Below are positions 45,526 through 56,592 of a stretch of 64,000 nucleotides of DNA, piece after piece. A program made the position numbers and the translations under genes. The notes below the pieces were generated by a model. That model was not told the DNA's origin. It searched no databases and worked only from the letters and a program-made list of their open reading frames with translations. Source of the stretch: an uncultured Pseudomonadales bacterium (GTDB lineage: Bacteria > Patescibacteriota > Microgenomatia > UBA1400 > UBA12028); assembly GCA_964635905.1 (NCBI GenBank), contig CAZWPK010000003.1, positions 66,459 through 130,458 of the forward strand. The letters are read 5' to 3'. Numbering within the stretch: the first letter of the stretch is position 1; each line of letters opens with the position of its first letter.

Positions 45526-46500
45526 CTATCTTTTCCACATAGTCTCGCCAGAAGTCAAAACGTTTTCGCCTCTTTTCTGTCGTTTCAATGTCAGATAGAG
45601 CATTGCAAGGTCGGAAAAATTTTCAAATTCTCTCTTTAATTCAGGTGTATCAAGAAAAGACTCTCTCTTTTTTCCTTGTGTCAATCTCCGAACCCTATCG
45701 CGTGCTTCAAAGAAACGCGGCTCAATTGTGCTCAATTCAGGTGTACTCACCAATCTGTCAAAAAGCAAAGCCAAATCAGGGTCAGTTGCTAGAAAATAAT
45801 CTCTAAGTTGTTTTCGTCCTTCAAAGTACCTTTGAATGCGGCGTACAGCATCACGTGCAGTACTTTCATGTACCCTGAAAACTTGAGCTTCGTCTGCGAT
45901 CGGAATCTCCATACCAAAACGATGGTGAAAGAGGATTCGTAAATAAGTATCATCCGAATGAACATTTGGAAATTCGGAAATAAATGCAGTATCCATACCA
46001 TAACAGTCTCCTCGAAAGGTGCGTGCTCCACTAGAAATGCATTTAGTATAAAAGGCGAGTTCTCCGACCAGACTGACGGAATTTTTAACACTGGGAATCC
46101 CGTCTAATGGGATAGGGTAAGGAGTTGACAGTGACCCTGCTACAGGAATTCCACTTGAAAGCACTTTTATTAAAGCTTCAAAAGTAGTATCAAGGGGTTC
46201 GACATCATCATTCAGGAAAATACAGTATGGTAGTGAAAAAGCTCTAGTAAATTCCAATCCACGATTCATCGCTAAGCGACGACTTCCTTTCTCCTCCACA
46301 TGGAGCTTTACATCATTTTTCCCATTCAGCTCATTCTTCAACCAGTTGCTAGTTCCAGCATCGCAACCATTCGCGTCGATGTACCACAAAAAGTCACCTT
46401 CAAATTTCTGATTTAATCGTTGAAAAGTACCTAAAAACTTATTGGTATGTTCTGCATCATTAATGATGTGTAGTGGAACAATAATTGTTGCTTTGTGCAT
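45526..46500 (-). CDS. Putative glycosyltransferase (GT2-like)
   Basis: N-terminal TIIVPLHIIN and the acidic YIDANG / LNDDVEPLD motifs are consistent with a GT-A fold. Confidence 0.4.
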   Translation of the reverse strand: MHKATIIVPLHIINDAEHTNKFLGTFQRLNQKFEGDFLWYIDANGCDAGTSNWLKNELNGKNDVKLHVEEKGSRRLAMNRGLEFTRAFSLPYCIFLNDDVEPLDTTFEALIKVLSSGIPVAGSLSTPYPIPLDGIPSVKNSVSLVGELAFYTKCISSGARTFRGDCYGMDTAFISEFPNVHSDDTYLRILFHHRFGMEIPIADEAQVFRVHESTARDAVRRIQRYFEGRKQLRDYFLATDPDLALLFDRLVSTPELSTIEPRFFEARDRVRRLTQGKKRESFLDTPELKREFENFSDLAMLYLTLKRQKRGENVLTSGETMWKR

Positions 46501-46783
46501 ACAAGGTTAGTATTTTACCATTTTCATACTTTTTTATGCGATTCACTCGGATTTTTTTGTAAACTACCTCTTCTGTAGAGTCCTAGCTATGGATAACTGA
46601 GCACAATGTGTAACTAACTCAAGGTATCTTGAGCTGGGTGGTCAGATTCCTCAAGGGATTATTTGGATTCAAATGATTGGATAAATGTGTCAATCTGATT
46701 TACCCTTTCCTGCGGCGTGGATCACTGCAGGTGTTGTGTAGCCTGTAACAATATTGCATTTCTTTTGATACACTTCACTCACT

Positions 46784-47179
46784 ATGAAAACTATTCTAGT
46801 TGATGCCGTCTATGCGTTTGTCGTCAAAACGGAACAGGGCTTTTCAATCTACAAACCGATGCACGAGATGCTGGATCAGTTTCCCAACCCCAAAATAGTG
46901 TTAACAGGCGCTGATGATGAACAGATGAAAGAGTTTGGATTAACAGCACTACCCTACGAGCTTTTTTCCTTAAAACATCATCCGGAGAAATCCGATCCCA
47001 AGTACTACACCTTGATGCTGGAACACTTTGGTCTTACGGCTGAGGACGTTGTCTATTTTGAGCATAACGCCGACGCGGTGAAGAGCGCTCAGTCCGTGGG
47101 GATTACTACCTACCACTATGATCCCGAGGCACGCAGTATCGACCTACTTCGAAGTTTCTTAGCCGCAAACCTTGATTGA
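46784..47179 (+). CDS. Hypothetical protein (possible HAD-like fold)
   Basis: 131-aa ORF. The C-terminal VVYFEHNADAVKSAQSVGI resembles HAD motif III/IV, but motif I is degenerate. Confidence 0.3.
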   Translation: MKTILVDAVYAFVVKTEQGFSIYKPMHEMLDQFPNPKIVLTGADDEQMKEFGLTALPYELFSLKHHPEKSDPKYYTLMLEHFGLTAEDVVYFEHNADAVKSAQSVGITTYHYDPEARSIDLLRSFLAANLD

Positions 47180-47194
47180 TGAAAAAACCACACT

Positions 47195-47641
47195 ATGCCA
47201 TCCGTACTCTCCTCAGTTAAAGCACTTTTGTTTCATCAGGGAAAGTTTATAGTTCTCAAAGAAGAGCTGCATAAAAAAGACATTTGGGATCTTCCGGGAG
47301 GGAAAATCGAATACGGTGAAAATCCCAGTGATGCCCTGCATCGTGAGATTCAAGAAGAGCTTTGTTTGAGTGTTGAGATCAAGCTCTCAGTGGGACTATG
47401 GTATTTCTTTTCAGCAACACATCAGCATCAAGTAATTTGCCATACGTATCTGTGTACTCCGGTAGGTGAACTGCAGATTGATACCACAAAGAATCCAGCA
47501 GATGAGAATTTTACGGAGCTTCGATGGGTAACGATAGATGAAGTGTTAGCTTCTAAGGAAATCATTTTAGAGGAAAGTTTGGTACTGTTACTCAAAGGTC
47601 TGCAAGTCGACCCCCGATTTACTTCTGAGTATAAAAAATAG
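47195..47641 (+). CDS. Nudix hydrolase (MutT-like)
   Basis: Nudix box GGKIEYGENPSDALHREIQEELCL. Confidence 0.7.
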   Translation: MPSVLSSVKALLFHQGKFIVLKEELHKKDIWDLPGGKIEYGENPSDALHREIQEELCLSVEIKLSVGLWYFFSATHQHQVICHTYLCTPVGELQIDTTKNPADENFTELRWVTIDEVLASKEIILEESLVLLLKGLQVDPRFTSEYKK

Positions 47642-47737
47642 GTTTAGATGCCTCTGCATAACGGGGAGCAGTCTGCCCAAAAACCTGCCATCCTCTTTTA
47701 CGATCCAATTTGATATCATTGTGCCAGATTTCTCTGA

Positions 47738-47824
47738 GGAAGCGTCGCATAGTGGCCTAGTGCAGCGGTTTGCTAAACCGCGACCCTTAATCGGGTCTCG
47801 TGGGTTCGAATCCCACCGCTTCCG
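47738..47824 (+). tRNA. tRNA-Ser (anticodon GCU)
   Basis: Acceptor GGAAGCG/CGCTTCC, anticodon stem GCGGT/ACCGC with loop UUGCUAA, long variable arm, T-arm GTGGG-TTCGAAT-CCCAC. Confidence 0.8.
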
Positions 47825-47919
47825 CCTCTGTGCTTGATACCATCACACCCCTTAACTTTTGAATGTTTCGTTTTTTGCATTTTCTCTGTAGGATGTGACT
47901 AGTAGATCTACACACAGAT

Positions 47920-48432
47920 ATGTCATATCCCGCGTATTCGATTTGGCTGATGCCAGATCAAGAGTCTTCCGCAAGTATTAAGCAACTCATCGATCCCTTG
48001 AGCTTAAAGTATCATTCCCATTCGTTTGAACCCCATATTACGTTGTTATCGCGAATTGGAAAAAGTGAAGGATATGTCCGGGATCGCGTGAAAGATCTGT
48101 CCAAGGTGATTCATCCCTTTGAGATAGAGCTCAAAGAAATCGAATACAATACGACCTATTTTCAGTGCGTCCTCGCTCAGATCAAGCCCACTCTGGAATT
48201 AATGGAAGCTAGAGTTCTTGCGCAAGATCTCTTAGAAGCGGATAAAACAATGTTTTATAATCCGCACTTAAGTCTCTTGTATGGGGATTTTGTCTTGGAA
48301 GAACGAGAAAAAATCAGTCGACAAATTACTCTTCCCATTCACACGCTTCGAATTGAGAAGATATGGATGACCCCATCTGGAGTTCGACCGGAGCAGTGGG
48401 TAACCTTAGAAGAGTTTGTGTTAACCCCATAA
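47920..48432 (+). CDS. 2H phosphoesterase family protein (LigT/ThpR-like cyclic phosphodiesterase)
   Basis: Two H-x-[TS]-x motifs (HITL, HLSLLY) spaced as in the 2H family. Confidence 0.6.
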   Translation: MSYPAYSIWLMPDQESSASIKQLIDPLSLKYHSHSFEPHITLLSRIGKSEGYVRDRVKDLSKVIHPFEIELKEIEYNTTYFQCVLAQIKPTLELMEARVLAQDLLEADKTMFYNPHLSLLYGDFVLEEREKISRQITLPIHTLRIEKIWMTPSGVRPEQWVTLEEFVLTP

Positions 48433-48444
48433 GTTTTAATCCTA

Positions 48445-48923
48445 TGAACTGGAAACTTCCTCCCCGCATAAAAATCTATGAAGCCCTTGGGTGTGTAGCC
48501 GATGAACGATTGACGTTAAACGAGAAGGGTGCAGAAGTAACATCATCGGATGGGTCAAAAACCTACACCGTTATTTTTGATGCAGAGCAGAAAATGATCT
48601 GTGCAAATGATAATGGGTCATTTTGGCAAGGATATTCGGGCTATCCCGCAATCGCGTACTTACTAAAAACGGAATCACTTTCCTTCGAGCCGGAGATCGC
48701 AGAACTTCTTTCAGGAATTGCATGGAAGAAAATCAATCAACTCCATAAAAATGACTGGGAGAAAACAGAGGCATGGATTTATACGCAACAGCTTAGTAAT
48801 GACAAAACCAAGATCCAATCGTTGGAACGCTATGCCAGTCAGCTAGCTCGAGCGATTGATGCACTTTCACTGCAGCAACCCCCAAAGCGACTTCGACCTC
48901 CTAGCGTCAAAAAAGCTGATTAA
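48445..48923 (+). CDS. Hypothetical protein
   Basis: Start placed at MNWKLPPR (track ORF begins at 48363). No motifs. Confidence 0.4.
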
Positions 48924-51900
48924 TCAGCGATGCCTTCGGGCCAGCAGTGCGAAAAGAATTCACACTCCGAGCAGGCAGCTGTGTTTGGAGTATGGTCAAA
49001 CTTTAGGGCTCTAATTTCTTGCATCACCGTTCGGATGGTCGTTTTGAGCTCTTCAACTTCTTCTCTACTAATGCTAAACGACTCTTGTTTATGTTTTCCA
49101 CTCGTTTTATCGGGTTCAATAAAATCAAGCACGAAGTTTTCTGCGGTTGGAGTAAAGGTTTTGTCTAGCTCTGTGAGCAATTTATAAAAAACCAATTGTC
49201 GTTTGTAGGCAGGATCTTTTTTCCCAGTTTTACCTTCAATTTCATTGCGGGTACGCAGACGACCTGTTTTGTAATCGATGATGCGCACAATTTTATCGGA
49301 TTCACTCAGCCAATCAATCCGATCAACTTTTCCGGTTAACGGGATATCGTCCAAATAGGTTTTAGACCACCCCGATCCAAACTGCCGTTCACAGAAGAGT
49401 GGAACAGTAAATTGATCCAGATTGGACTGGTAATACGACTGCAAGATGAGTTCTCCATGGCGACGGCGTTTTTTTTCTGCCTCGGGCGTTAAGAGCTCAT
49501 TTTGTAATGCGCTGTTAAAGGATTCCAAGAGAAAATCGACCGATGGAGTTAGTTTGTCAGCCTGAAGTTTCAGGAAAAAGAGTTCTAATGCTTTGTGAAT
49601 TGCGGTACCTAAGGCTTGATGTTCTGATTGCGCACGAGGAACTTTTAATAAGTGGTTAAGTTTAAATTTATACGGACACTGTAGATAGGTGTTTAGAGCA
49701 GTTGGGGACAACTTGAACCTTGCCACTAGATCTGACAAAAACTCTTCTTCTTGATTGGTTCGTACCACGGGCGGTCTTGGAGATACCAATTTTTCTAGGA
49801 GTGCAGCCGGACTAGATTCAAACTGTTCTAAACTGACGTCTTGGAGGTATGTTGGGTTTATTTCCGTGGTAAAAATGCTGGGAACGGTCTCTTTGCTAGA
49901 ATCGCCGGAGATTAATGTCGACGGTATACTCAGTGTGACCGATGATTTCGCTCGGGTGAGGGCGACATAAAATAATCGACGTTCATCTTCATTCGGATCT
50001 TTGGAGGAGATGTCCATGGACGTAATGATCGATTCGGGGAGTGGAAGCAGGTTACGAGTGGAATTGTTTCCCCACTTTTTGTCGATTGCAGTCAGGATAA
50101 ACACGTATTCCCATTCCTGACCTTTTGATTTATGGGCGGTAGTGAGATGGACGGCGTGATGTTGTATATTTTGATCTTCTTCTGTAATCGATAGATCATG
50201 TGCATTTAAGGTTTCAATTACCCGTAAAAATCTATCTAAATTCAGCGTATGGTCAAGGTTTGCAAGTCGTTTAATCTCATTAAACAGAGTATTAACGCGG
50301 TTGAGATCCTCTACTACACTTTGGCGTTGTAACACAAAAGGGAGGAAACCAGAGCTTTGCAGAACCGATTCAAACCAAGTGACAAAGGTATGGTTTGTTT
50401 CTGCGTTCAGCAATGCAACAAGTTTTAATACAAAACGCTGGATCGCTGCAATAGCAGGATCCGCATTACAAACAAATGAGGCTGGAAGGTACGCATCAAT
50501 TGGAATGCCTACTGAAGGTGTCTCGCTGGATGATTGGTTCTCATCGTTTGCTGGCGGGTTTAACACTAGGGTGACTTCTTGGACATCGCCAGTAGATTCA
50601 GGTGCACTGGAATCTCCAGGAACAACTGCAGGCACGTTTTCTAAAATGACATCTAAAATCTGAGTATGTTGGGTTGCGGCTTTCCGTGTCAATTTAAGAA
50701 TTGCTAACGGATCTAAGCCCGTCCATTCAAAATTGAGCAGAGTGAAAAGGTCCATGTCTTCGATTCCCGTTTTGAGGCCGGAAATGACACGCAATAACAA
50801 CAATAATTGTCCAATGATTGGGGTAGTTAGAATGTTGACCCCTCCATCAATTTCATACAGAATGCCCCATTTGGCTAAGGCACTGGAAATGGCAATAGAG
50901 TCGTTGTTGTGACGATAGATCACAGCAATGGATGATGGATCAACCTTTGCATCGAGCAGCTCTTTAATTTTTTCCGCAACAAATACAACTTCAAGTTGAC
51001 CCGATGAGGGACGAATGAGTGACAGGGGAGTACCTTCACCTTTTTGGCTTAGTAGTGTATGTGCATGTCCCGTTAAGGTGTCTAAGCGGATATTGTTATG
51101 GAGAATTAACGACTGTGCAGCGTCCAAGATCGTCTGAGTGCTTCGATAATTTTGTTCTAAATGCACAACGGTAGCCGCGGGGTACTGTTTAATAAAGTTG
51201 AGTACATTTTCTGCGGAGGCACCTTGGAAACGATAAATGCTTTGATTGATGTCTCCAACGACAAACAGATTTGCGGATTCTCCCCAGAAAGAACTTAATA
51301 AATTGATCACATGAAACTGGGCGCCGTTGGTATCTTGATATTCATCAATTAAAATAAAGTGAAATTTTTCTTGATAGGTCGCAAGCAATAACTCCTCTGT
51401 TTGAAACGCATGCGATACCAGCATGATCATATCGTCGAAATCAAATCTTCCAACTTTTGAAAGGGTATCTTGATACTGGCGATAAATAATGAGGAGATCT
51501 CGGTGTTTTGAAATGTTTTTTTCTTTGAGTAATCGAGCGGTTTTCTTGAGTTCGACGGTGTTATTTTCCCTTACTTCCTGGTCAATAATCTCTTGCAATT
51601 GATCCGGTGTAATCCCTTCACGTTTCAAATCAGAAATTGATTTAATAATGGCTTTGACATAGTAGTCTGGAGCGTTTAAGGGTTTTAAGATTTCAAGCTC
51701 GTTGTTGGCAATGATGGTAGAAAAAATCTCATACCGTTCAAGTTCTGATAACGCCTGAGCATCGGGGGGAAGAGGGAAGTATTCAGGGTGATCGGAAATG
51801 ACATCGGCGCAGAATGCATGGAAGGTGGAGATGTAGACGTAATACCCAGTCTGACCAATGAGGCTGATGAGCCGTTTTCGCATCGCAGCAGCTCCACTTT

Positions 51901-52102
51901 CTGTAAAGGTGAGAGCCAAGATTGAACTGGGGTTTGTGTCTGTTTTGCTTAAGATATTGGCAATGCGCGTTGCAAGAATCTGTGTTTTACCAGTTCCGGG
52001 ACCTGCAACGACCATCACCGGGCCTTCTAACGTATCTACCGCAAGTTTTTGTTCTGCATTTAAGGCAGCATAGGCTGTTAGGAAGGACGATGACACTGGC
52101 AT
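48920..52102 (-). CDS. UvrD/PcrA-family DNA helicase fused to a C-terminal RecB/AddA-like PD-(D/E)XK nuclease with a Cys cluster
   Basis: Helicase motif I VMVVAGPGTGKTQILATRI and motif II FILIDEYQDTN. The C-terminus has a nuclease domain with Cys in CPYKFK and CSECEFFSHCW. Start placed at MPVSSSF (52102) to avoid an 80-bp overlap with typA. Confidence 0.8.
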   Translation of the reverse strand: MPVSSSFLTAYAALNAEQKLAVDTLEGPVMVVAGPGTGKTQILATRIANILSKTDTNPSSILALTFTESGAAAMRKRLISLIGQTGYYVYISTFHAFCADVISDHPEYFPLPPDAQALSELERYEIFSTIIANNELEILKPLNAPDYYVKAIIKSISDLKREGITPDQLQEIIDQEVRENNTVELKKTARLLKEKNISKHRDLLIIYRQYQDTLSKVGRFDFDDMIMLVSHAFQTEELLLATYQEKFHFILIDEYQDTNGAQFHVINLLSSFWGESANLFVVGDINQSIYRFQGASAENVLNFIKQYPAATVVHLEQNYRSTQTILDAAQSLILHNNIRLDTLTGHAHTLLSQKGEGTPLSLIRPSSGQLEVVFVAEKIKELLDAKVDPSSIAVIYRHNNDSIAISSALAKWGILYEIDGGVNILTTPIIGQLLLLLRVISGLKTGIEDMDLFTLLNFEWTGLDPLAILKLTRKAATQHTQILDVILENVPAVVPGDSSAPESTGDVQEVTLVLNPPANDENQSSSETPSVGIPIDAYLPASFVCNADPAIAAIQRFVLKLVALLNAETNHTFVTWFESVLQSSGFLPFVLQRQSVVEDLNRVNTLFNEIKRLANLDHTLNLDRFLRVIETLNAHDLSITEEDQNIQHHAVHLTTAHKSKGQEWEYVFILTAIDKKWGNNSTRNLLPLPESIITSMDISSKDPNEDERRLFYVALTRAKSSVTLSIPSTLISGDSSKETVPSIFTTEINPTYLQDVSLEQFESSPAALLEKLVSPRPPVVRTNQEEEFLSDLVARFKLSPTALNTYLQCPYKFKLNHLLKVPRAQSEHQALGTAIHKALELFFLKLQADKLTPSVDFLLESFNSALQNELLTPEAEKKRRRHGELILQSYYQSNLDQFTVPLFCERQFGSGWSKTYLDDIPLTGKVDRIDWLSESDKIVRIIDYKTGRLRTRNEIEGKTGKKDPAYKRQLVFYKLLTELDKTFTPTAENFVLDFIEPDKTSGKHKQESFSISREEVEELKTTIRTVMQEIRALKFDHTPNTAACSECEFFSHCWPEGIAD

Positions 52103-52169
52103 GGCATCAAGCGTACCACGGCCTACAACCGATGAAAAGACGAAAAAGAATGGCAACGTTAAGTACGAG

Positions 52170-53999
52170 TTATTCTTTTTTCTTTGAAGCCCGAGCGCGT
52201 TCCGCCTGTGTGAGTAATCGTTTGCGAAGACGGAGAGTTGAGGGAACAACTTCTAATAATTCGTCATCAGCAAGAAAATCTAAGGATTGTTCTAATGAGA
52301 AGCGCACGGGAGGCGTTAATTTCACCATCATATCTTTGGTGGCTGAGCGCACATTACTACTGGCTTTCACTTTGTTGACGTTCACTTCCATGTCTTGTTC
52401 GCGTGAGTTTAAGCCGACGATCATTCCCATGTAGGTTTCTTCTCCAACCCCAATGAAGAGCAGTCCACGTTGTTGGGCGTTATCGAGTCCTTCCGTAGCA
52501 CTCTTGCCATGTTCGGAAGCGACCAGAACACCATTGCGTAATTGACTAAATTCAGTTCCGACCGGTCGATACTCTAAAAAGATCGAACTCATTTGTAATG
52601 TTCCACGGGTATCCGTGAGTAGTTTGGTTCGAGCTCCCAAGAGGTTGCGTTCGGAGATTTCAAAGACCATTCGCGTATCTCCGCGTCCGTTCGGATCAAT
52701 CGATTGTGTGACGGCACGGCGCTGACCAAATTCGGTGGTAATTACACCGACAAACTCGTCAGGAATATCTATCGTTACTTCATCGAAGGGCTCTAGTTTG
52801 ACTCCATTTTCCTCTTTCAAAATGACCTGAGGTCTAGAGACTTCAAGCTCATAGCCTTCTCGACGCATGGTTTCAATCAAGACAGCCAGGTGGAGTTCAC
52901 CGCGTCCGGAAACAACGAATCCAACCCCAGTTGGATCTTCTTCGATGCGTAGTCCCAAATTGGTTTCTTTTTCTTTGAGTAAGCGTTCTTGAATTTGACG
53001 AGAAGTTAGATATTTCCCTTCACGTCCCGCCAGTGGAGAGGTGTTGGGACCAATAGTAATTTTAATGGTGGGTTCACTGACTTTAATCGAAGGGAGAGCC
53101 TCTGGGGTGGTCGGAGCGGTAACCGTCCAGCCAATCGAGAGTTCTTTCATTCCGGCAATGGCGACAATATCTCCAGAGACAGCAGATTCAACCGGGACCT
53201 TTTCAATTCCTTTGGAGACAAACAATTTTTCAACACTATATGTTGCTTGATGACCGTCTTGGGTTACCAACGCAGCGCGATCACCTGTATGTAATGTTCC
53301 CCGTGTAATACGACCAATACACATTTTCCCTAGGTAGGGGTCGCGCTCAAGTGTTGAGATTAAGAGCTGGAAGGGAGCTTCATCGTCCCCTCGGGCTGAG
53401 GGTACGGTTTTTAGAATCTGCTCAAAGAGGGGAAGTAAATTTCCCTCGCTCATTTTCTCTTCTTCTGTGGGCAAATGATCCCAAGCTTTTCCTTCTCGTC
53501 CGATGGCATAAATGACAGGGAAATCGAGCATGGATTCGTCATCGGCAAGATGGAGGAACAAATTTTCTACTTGATGAAGAACAGTTGAAGGTTCTGCATC
53601 TCGCTTGTCAATTTTATTAATCACAACGATTAATTTTAGTTTTCGTTTAATTGCCTGTTGTAAGACGAAACGTGTTTGGGGGAGTGGGCCTTCTGCTGCA
53701 TCCACGAGTAAGAGGGCGCCATCTGCCATGTTAATGATGCGTTCTACTTCACCACCAAAGTCAGCGTGACCTGGGGTATCAATGATATTGATCTTTACTT
53801 CACCATATTGAACCGCGGTGTTTTTTGCAAGAATGGTGATTCCTTTTTCTCGCTCTAAATCATTACTGTCCAAAATCGTTGTTTGTTGCATTTCTGCTTG
53901 ATTATCGCGGAAGGAATGTGTTTGTTTGAGTAGTTCGTCGACAAGGGTTGTCTTCCCGTGGTCAACGTGTGCAATGATGGCAATGTTTCGAATATCCAT
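52170..53999 (-). CDS. typA: Translational GTPase TypA/BipA
   Basis: MDIRNIAIIAHVDHGKTTLVD, DTPGHADF, NKIDK, and an EF-G-like domain arrangement. Start at MDIRN. Confidence 0.9.
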   Translation of the reverse strand: MDIRNIAIIAHVDHGKTTLVDELLKQTHSFRDNQAEMQQTTILDSNDLEREKGITILAKNTAVQYGEVKINIIDTPGHADFGGEVERIINMADGALLLVDAAEGPLPQTRFVLQQAIKRKLKLIVVINKIDKRDAEPSTVLHQVENLFLHLADDESMLDFPVIYAIGREGKAWDHLPTEEEKMSEGNLLPLFEQILKTVPSARGDDEAPFQLLISTLERDPYLGKMCIGRITRGTLHTGDRAALVTQDGHQATYSVEKLFVSKGIEKVPVESAVSGDIVAIAGMKELSIGWTVTAPTTPEALPSIKVSEPTIKITIGPNTSPLAGREGKYLTSRQIQERLLKEKETNLGLRIEEDPTGVGFVVSGRGELHLAVLIETMRREGYELEVSRPQVILKEENGVKLEPFDEVTIDIPDEFVGVITTEFGQRRAVTQSIDPNGRGDTRMVFEISERNLLGARTKLLTDTRGTLQMSSIFLEYRPVGTEFSQLRNGVLVASEHGKSATEGLDNAQQRGLLFIGVGEETYMGMIVGLNSREQDMEVNVNKVKASSNVRSATKDMMVKLTPPVRFSLEQSLDFLADDELLEVVPSTLRLRKRLLTQAERARASKKKE

Positions 54000-54131
54000 A
54001 CACTTACTTTCCTTTAATTGGCTCGCAATGCCTACACCTAGGTAAGGACCTAGAAAAATCAACTCACGAACTTCAAGGGAACGAGGCTGACGAAGCAAAA
54101 CTATAGGTTAATTATTATACGCTATTTTCTT

Positions 54132-54878
54132 TCAGTTGTCAGCTCTTTCCTTAGATTGGGGCTCTGTGCTGATAAAGACGAAGGATGCAAGGATGGCTTT
54201 AAGCGTTTGCCGATCCCGATTCGGGCCGGAAAAGACGATTGCAGACTGAGAGCTCATTTGAGCAAACACGTCGATGAGATCTTGTGAATTACTCGTATAG
54301 GTAAGTTCTACGGCGGGAAGATTTCCAATCTTTACGGTAGACTGTGGAGAAAGTAAAGCTCCAGAGACGGAGGTTTGCTGAGCATTCTCCAATCGTTCCT
54401 GCACTAGACTTTCCAGGGTTTGCCAGAGGGGAACGACAGTAATCTGATAGTCGCGCTGTAAAGTCGGAGAGGTATCAACTTGGGCAGGAGACAACGACGT
54501 TACTGAGGTGGCATTCGTCTCTTTTAAGGGGGACACCACCCATGACGGTGGGTAATGAAACCGATACGATCCGGCAGGATGGATGAATTCCTTCCAGTCA
54601 CTTTGAAAGACACTCGTTTCTGGTTCGGGGCAGGGAGCGAAGCTGCAGTTGGGGCCTTGTCTGCCCACAAAAGAGCCGTCAGGGCACTGCAGTGCTTCCA
54701 TCGTACACATTACCTCTTCACTCGGAGGAACCAGACGTTGTGGGGCTGAGGCTGAATAGACCCCCAGCAGATAACCTACCGTTCCCACGCACAGCACCGA
54801 TAGTCCCACAATGACCCCAATTATACTGAGGGTCGCAATCCACTCTTTTCCGGGGCTATGTGTCGGACGAAACATCAT
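54132..54878 (-). CDS. Hypothetical membrane-anchored protein with a Cys-rich region
   Basis: N-terminal TM (LSIIGVIVGLSVLCVG), then CTMEALQCPDG..GPNCSFAPCP. Confidence 0.45.
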   Translation of the reverse strand: MMFRPTHSPGKEWIATLSIIGVIVGLSVLCVGTVGYLLGVYSASAPQRLVPPSEEVMCTMEALQCPDGSFVGRQGPNCSFAPCPEPETSVFQSDWKEFIHPAGSYRFHYPPSWVVSPLKETNATSVTSLSPAQVDTSPTLQRDYQITVVPLWQTLESLVQERLENAQQTSVSGALLSPQSTVKIGNLPAVELTYTSNSQDLIDVFAQMSSQSAIVFSGPNRDRQTLKAILASFVFISTEPQSKERADN

Positions 54879-55047
54879 ACTGGTAGTCTAGCTTTGTATG
54901 GAGGAGCTTGGCAAGTTGAGTTTACGCAGGCTGATACGGATCGTTGTACCCACGTGTTCGATAGGCACGTTCCAGATGATCTATCACATTCGAACATATT
55001 TGCTAATATACATCTGATGACTTCTATTATTTGAAAGGTATTTATCT

Positions 55048-56169
55048 ATGACACGTTTGGGAGTGATTTTTGGATCGCGTTCAGTGGAACATGAGGTAAG
55101 TATCATCACTGCTTGCCAGCTCATGAAGAATGCCAGTACAAAGAACTATACCGTGGTTCCTCTCTATATTGATAAGCAAGGGAAGTGGTGGTCCGGTGAC
55201 CGGGCGATGACCATTGCGGGGTTTAAGGGACAAGATTTAGATAATCCGACTGGATTTGAGGCGGTGGATTTTTCGCCCGATCCAAGCCGCGATCATGGAA
55301 TTGATGTGGCGATTATCTGTACCCATGGAACACATGGAGAAGATGGCTCTATTCAAGGATTATTAGAGTTAGCTGGAATTCCCTACCAAGGTCCAGGCGT
55401 GGTTGGTTCTGCGTTGTGTATGGATAAAATTCTGACCAAACATGTGTTGCGAGCGTCGGGAATACCCGTCGTACCATTTCAGTGGTGTACCAAAGACGAG
55501 TGGAATCAAGATTCGCAAACAGTAGTGTCTCGATTGCTCGATACCAAACAAACAGAACCACATCGTCTCTCATTCCCACTGTTTGTAAAGCCAGCCAATT
55601 TGGGATCCAGTGTTGGTATCAGTAAAGCCACCGACCAATTATCGTTAGAAGCAGCCATTGAAGTGGCCTTCCAGTTTGATCGTCGTGTCCTAATTGAGCA
55701 GGGAAAAGAAGATATCAAAGAAATCAATGTCTCAGTCTTAGGGTTTACTGAATTGATCGCTTCAACTCCAGAGGAGCCTGTTTCGAGTGGAGAGCTACTT
55801 TCCTATAGCGACAAGTATGAACAGGGAGGTAAAAAAACTGGTGGGATGGCATCCTTACATCGTCGGATTCCTGCGCCGATTCCTATGAGTTTGACAAAGA
55901 TTATTCAAGAAACGGCGATCAATGCCTGCCGGTCTCTGGATGTCAGTGGTGTGGTTCGTATCGATTTTCTCGTAAACCCAGGAACTGGAGAGTACTGGCT
56001 TAATGAGTTAAATACAATTCCTGGAAGTATGTCCTTTTATTTATGGGAAGCGTCAGGAGTTACGTATCCGGAATTAATAGATCGATTGGTGGCAATTGCG
56101 CTTGAACGACAAGCCTCGATGGAAACCATGGTTACATCGATCGCAACTCCCATTATTACCAATAGTTAA
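55048..56169 (+). CDS. ddl: D-alanine--D-alanine ligase (ATP-grasp)
   Basis: LGVIFGSRSVEHEVSI, HGTHGEDGSIQGLLELAGIPYQGPGVVGSALCMDK and the C-terminal ATP-grasp motifs. Confidence 0.85.
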   Translation: MTRLGVIFGSRSVEHEVSIITACQLMKNASTKNYTVVPLYIDKQGKWWSGDRAMTIAGFKGQDLDNPTGFEAVDFSPDPSRDHGIDVAIICTHGTHGEDGSIQGLLELAGIPYQGPGVVGSALCMDKILTKHVLRASGIPVVPFQWCTKDEWNQDSQTVVSRLLDTKQTEPHRLSFPLFVKPANLGSSVGISKATDQLSLEAAIEVAFQFDRRVLIEQGKEDIKEINVSVLGFTELIASTPEEPVSSGELLSYSDKYEQGGKKTGGMASLHRRIPAPIPMSLTKIIQETAINACRSLDVSGVVRIDFLVNPGTGEYWLNELNTIPGSMSFYLWEASGVTYPELIDRLVAIALERQASMETMVTSIATPIITNS

Positions 56170-56172
56170 CGC

Positions 56173-56580
56173 CTATTCCTCGGAAACGAGAAGCCAGTGA
56201 AAAAAGCTGAGTGTCCAGGCTAATAAAAAGGTGAAAAGAAAATACGTCCACAGTAGTTTTAGCGTGATTTCCGGAATAATAAATCGTCCTAACTGAATGC
56301 TTGATAGATGAAAGGGTGTGATGGAAAAACCGGGAACCAGCAAAACGACCAGAACAATGACGATGATGTTAAGCACCCAGGCGAATAATCCTAAGGTAAT
56401 AATGTTAATAGGAAGCCAGAGAATCTTTAAGAAAGGTTTGCCGATCGTGTTGAGAACGTAGAGAGTAGTGGCTGCCGACAATAAAATCGCCAGACTTCGA
56501 ATTTGGATAAACGTAAAGACACTATCCAGTAAATACAGTGAGACTAAATGTAAAAACCATTCCCGAATAATTGCGCGCAT
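56173..56580 (-). CDS. Hypothetical integral membrane protein
   Basis: 135 aa with four predicted TM helices. Confidence 0.4.
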   Translation of the reverse strand: MRAIIREWFLHLVSLYLLDSVFTFIQIRSLAILLSAATTLYVLNTIGKPFLKILWLPINIITLGLFAWVLNIIVIVLVVLLVPGFSITPFHLSSIQLGRFIIPEITLKLLWTYFLFTFLLAWTLSFFHWLLVSEE

Positions 56581-56592
56581 GCACTCATCATA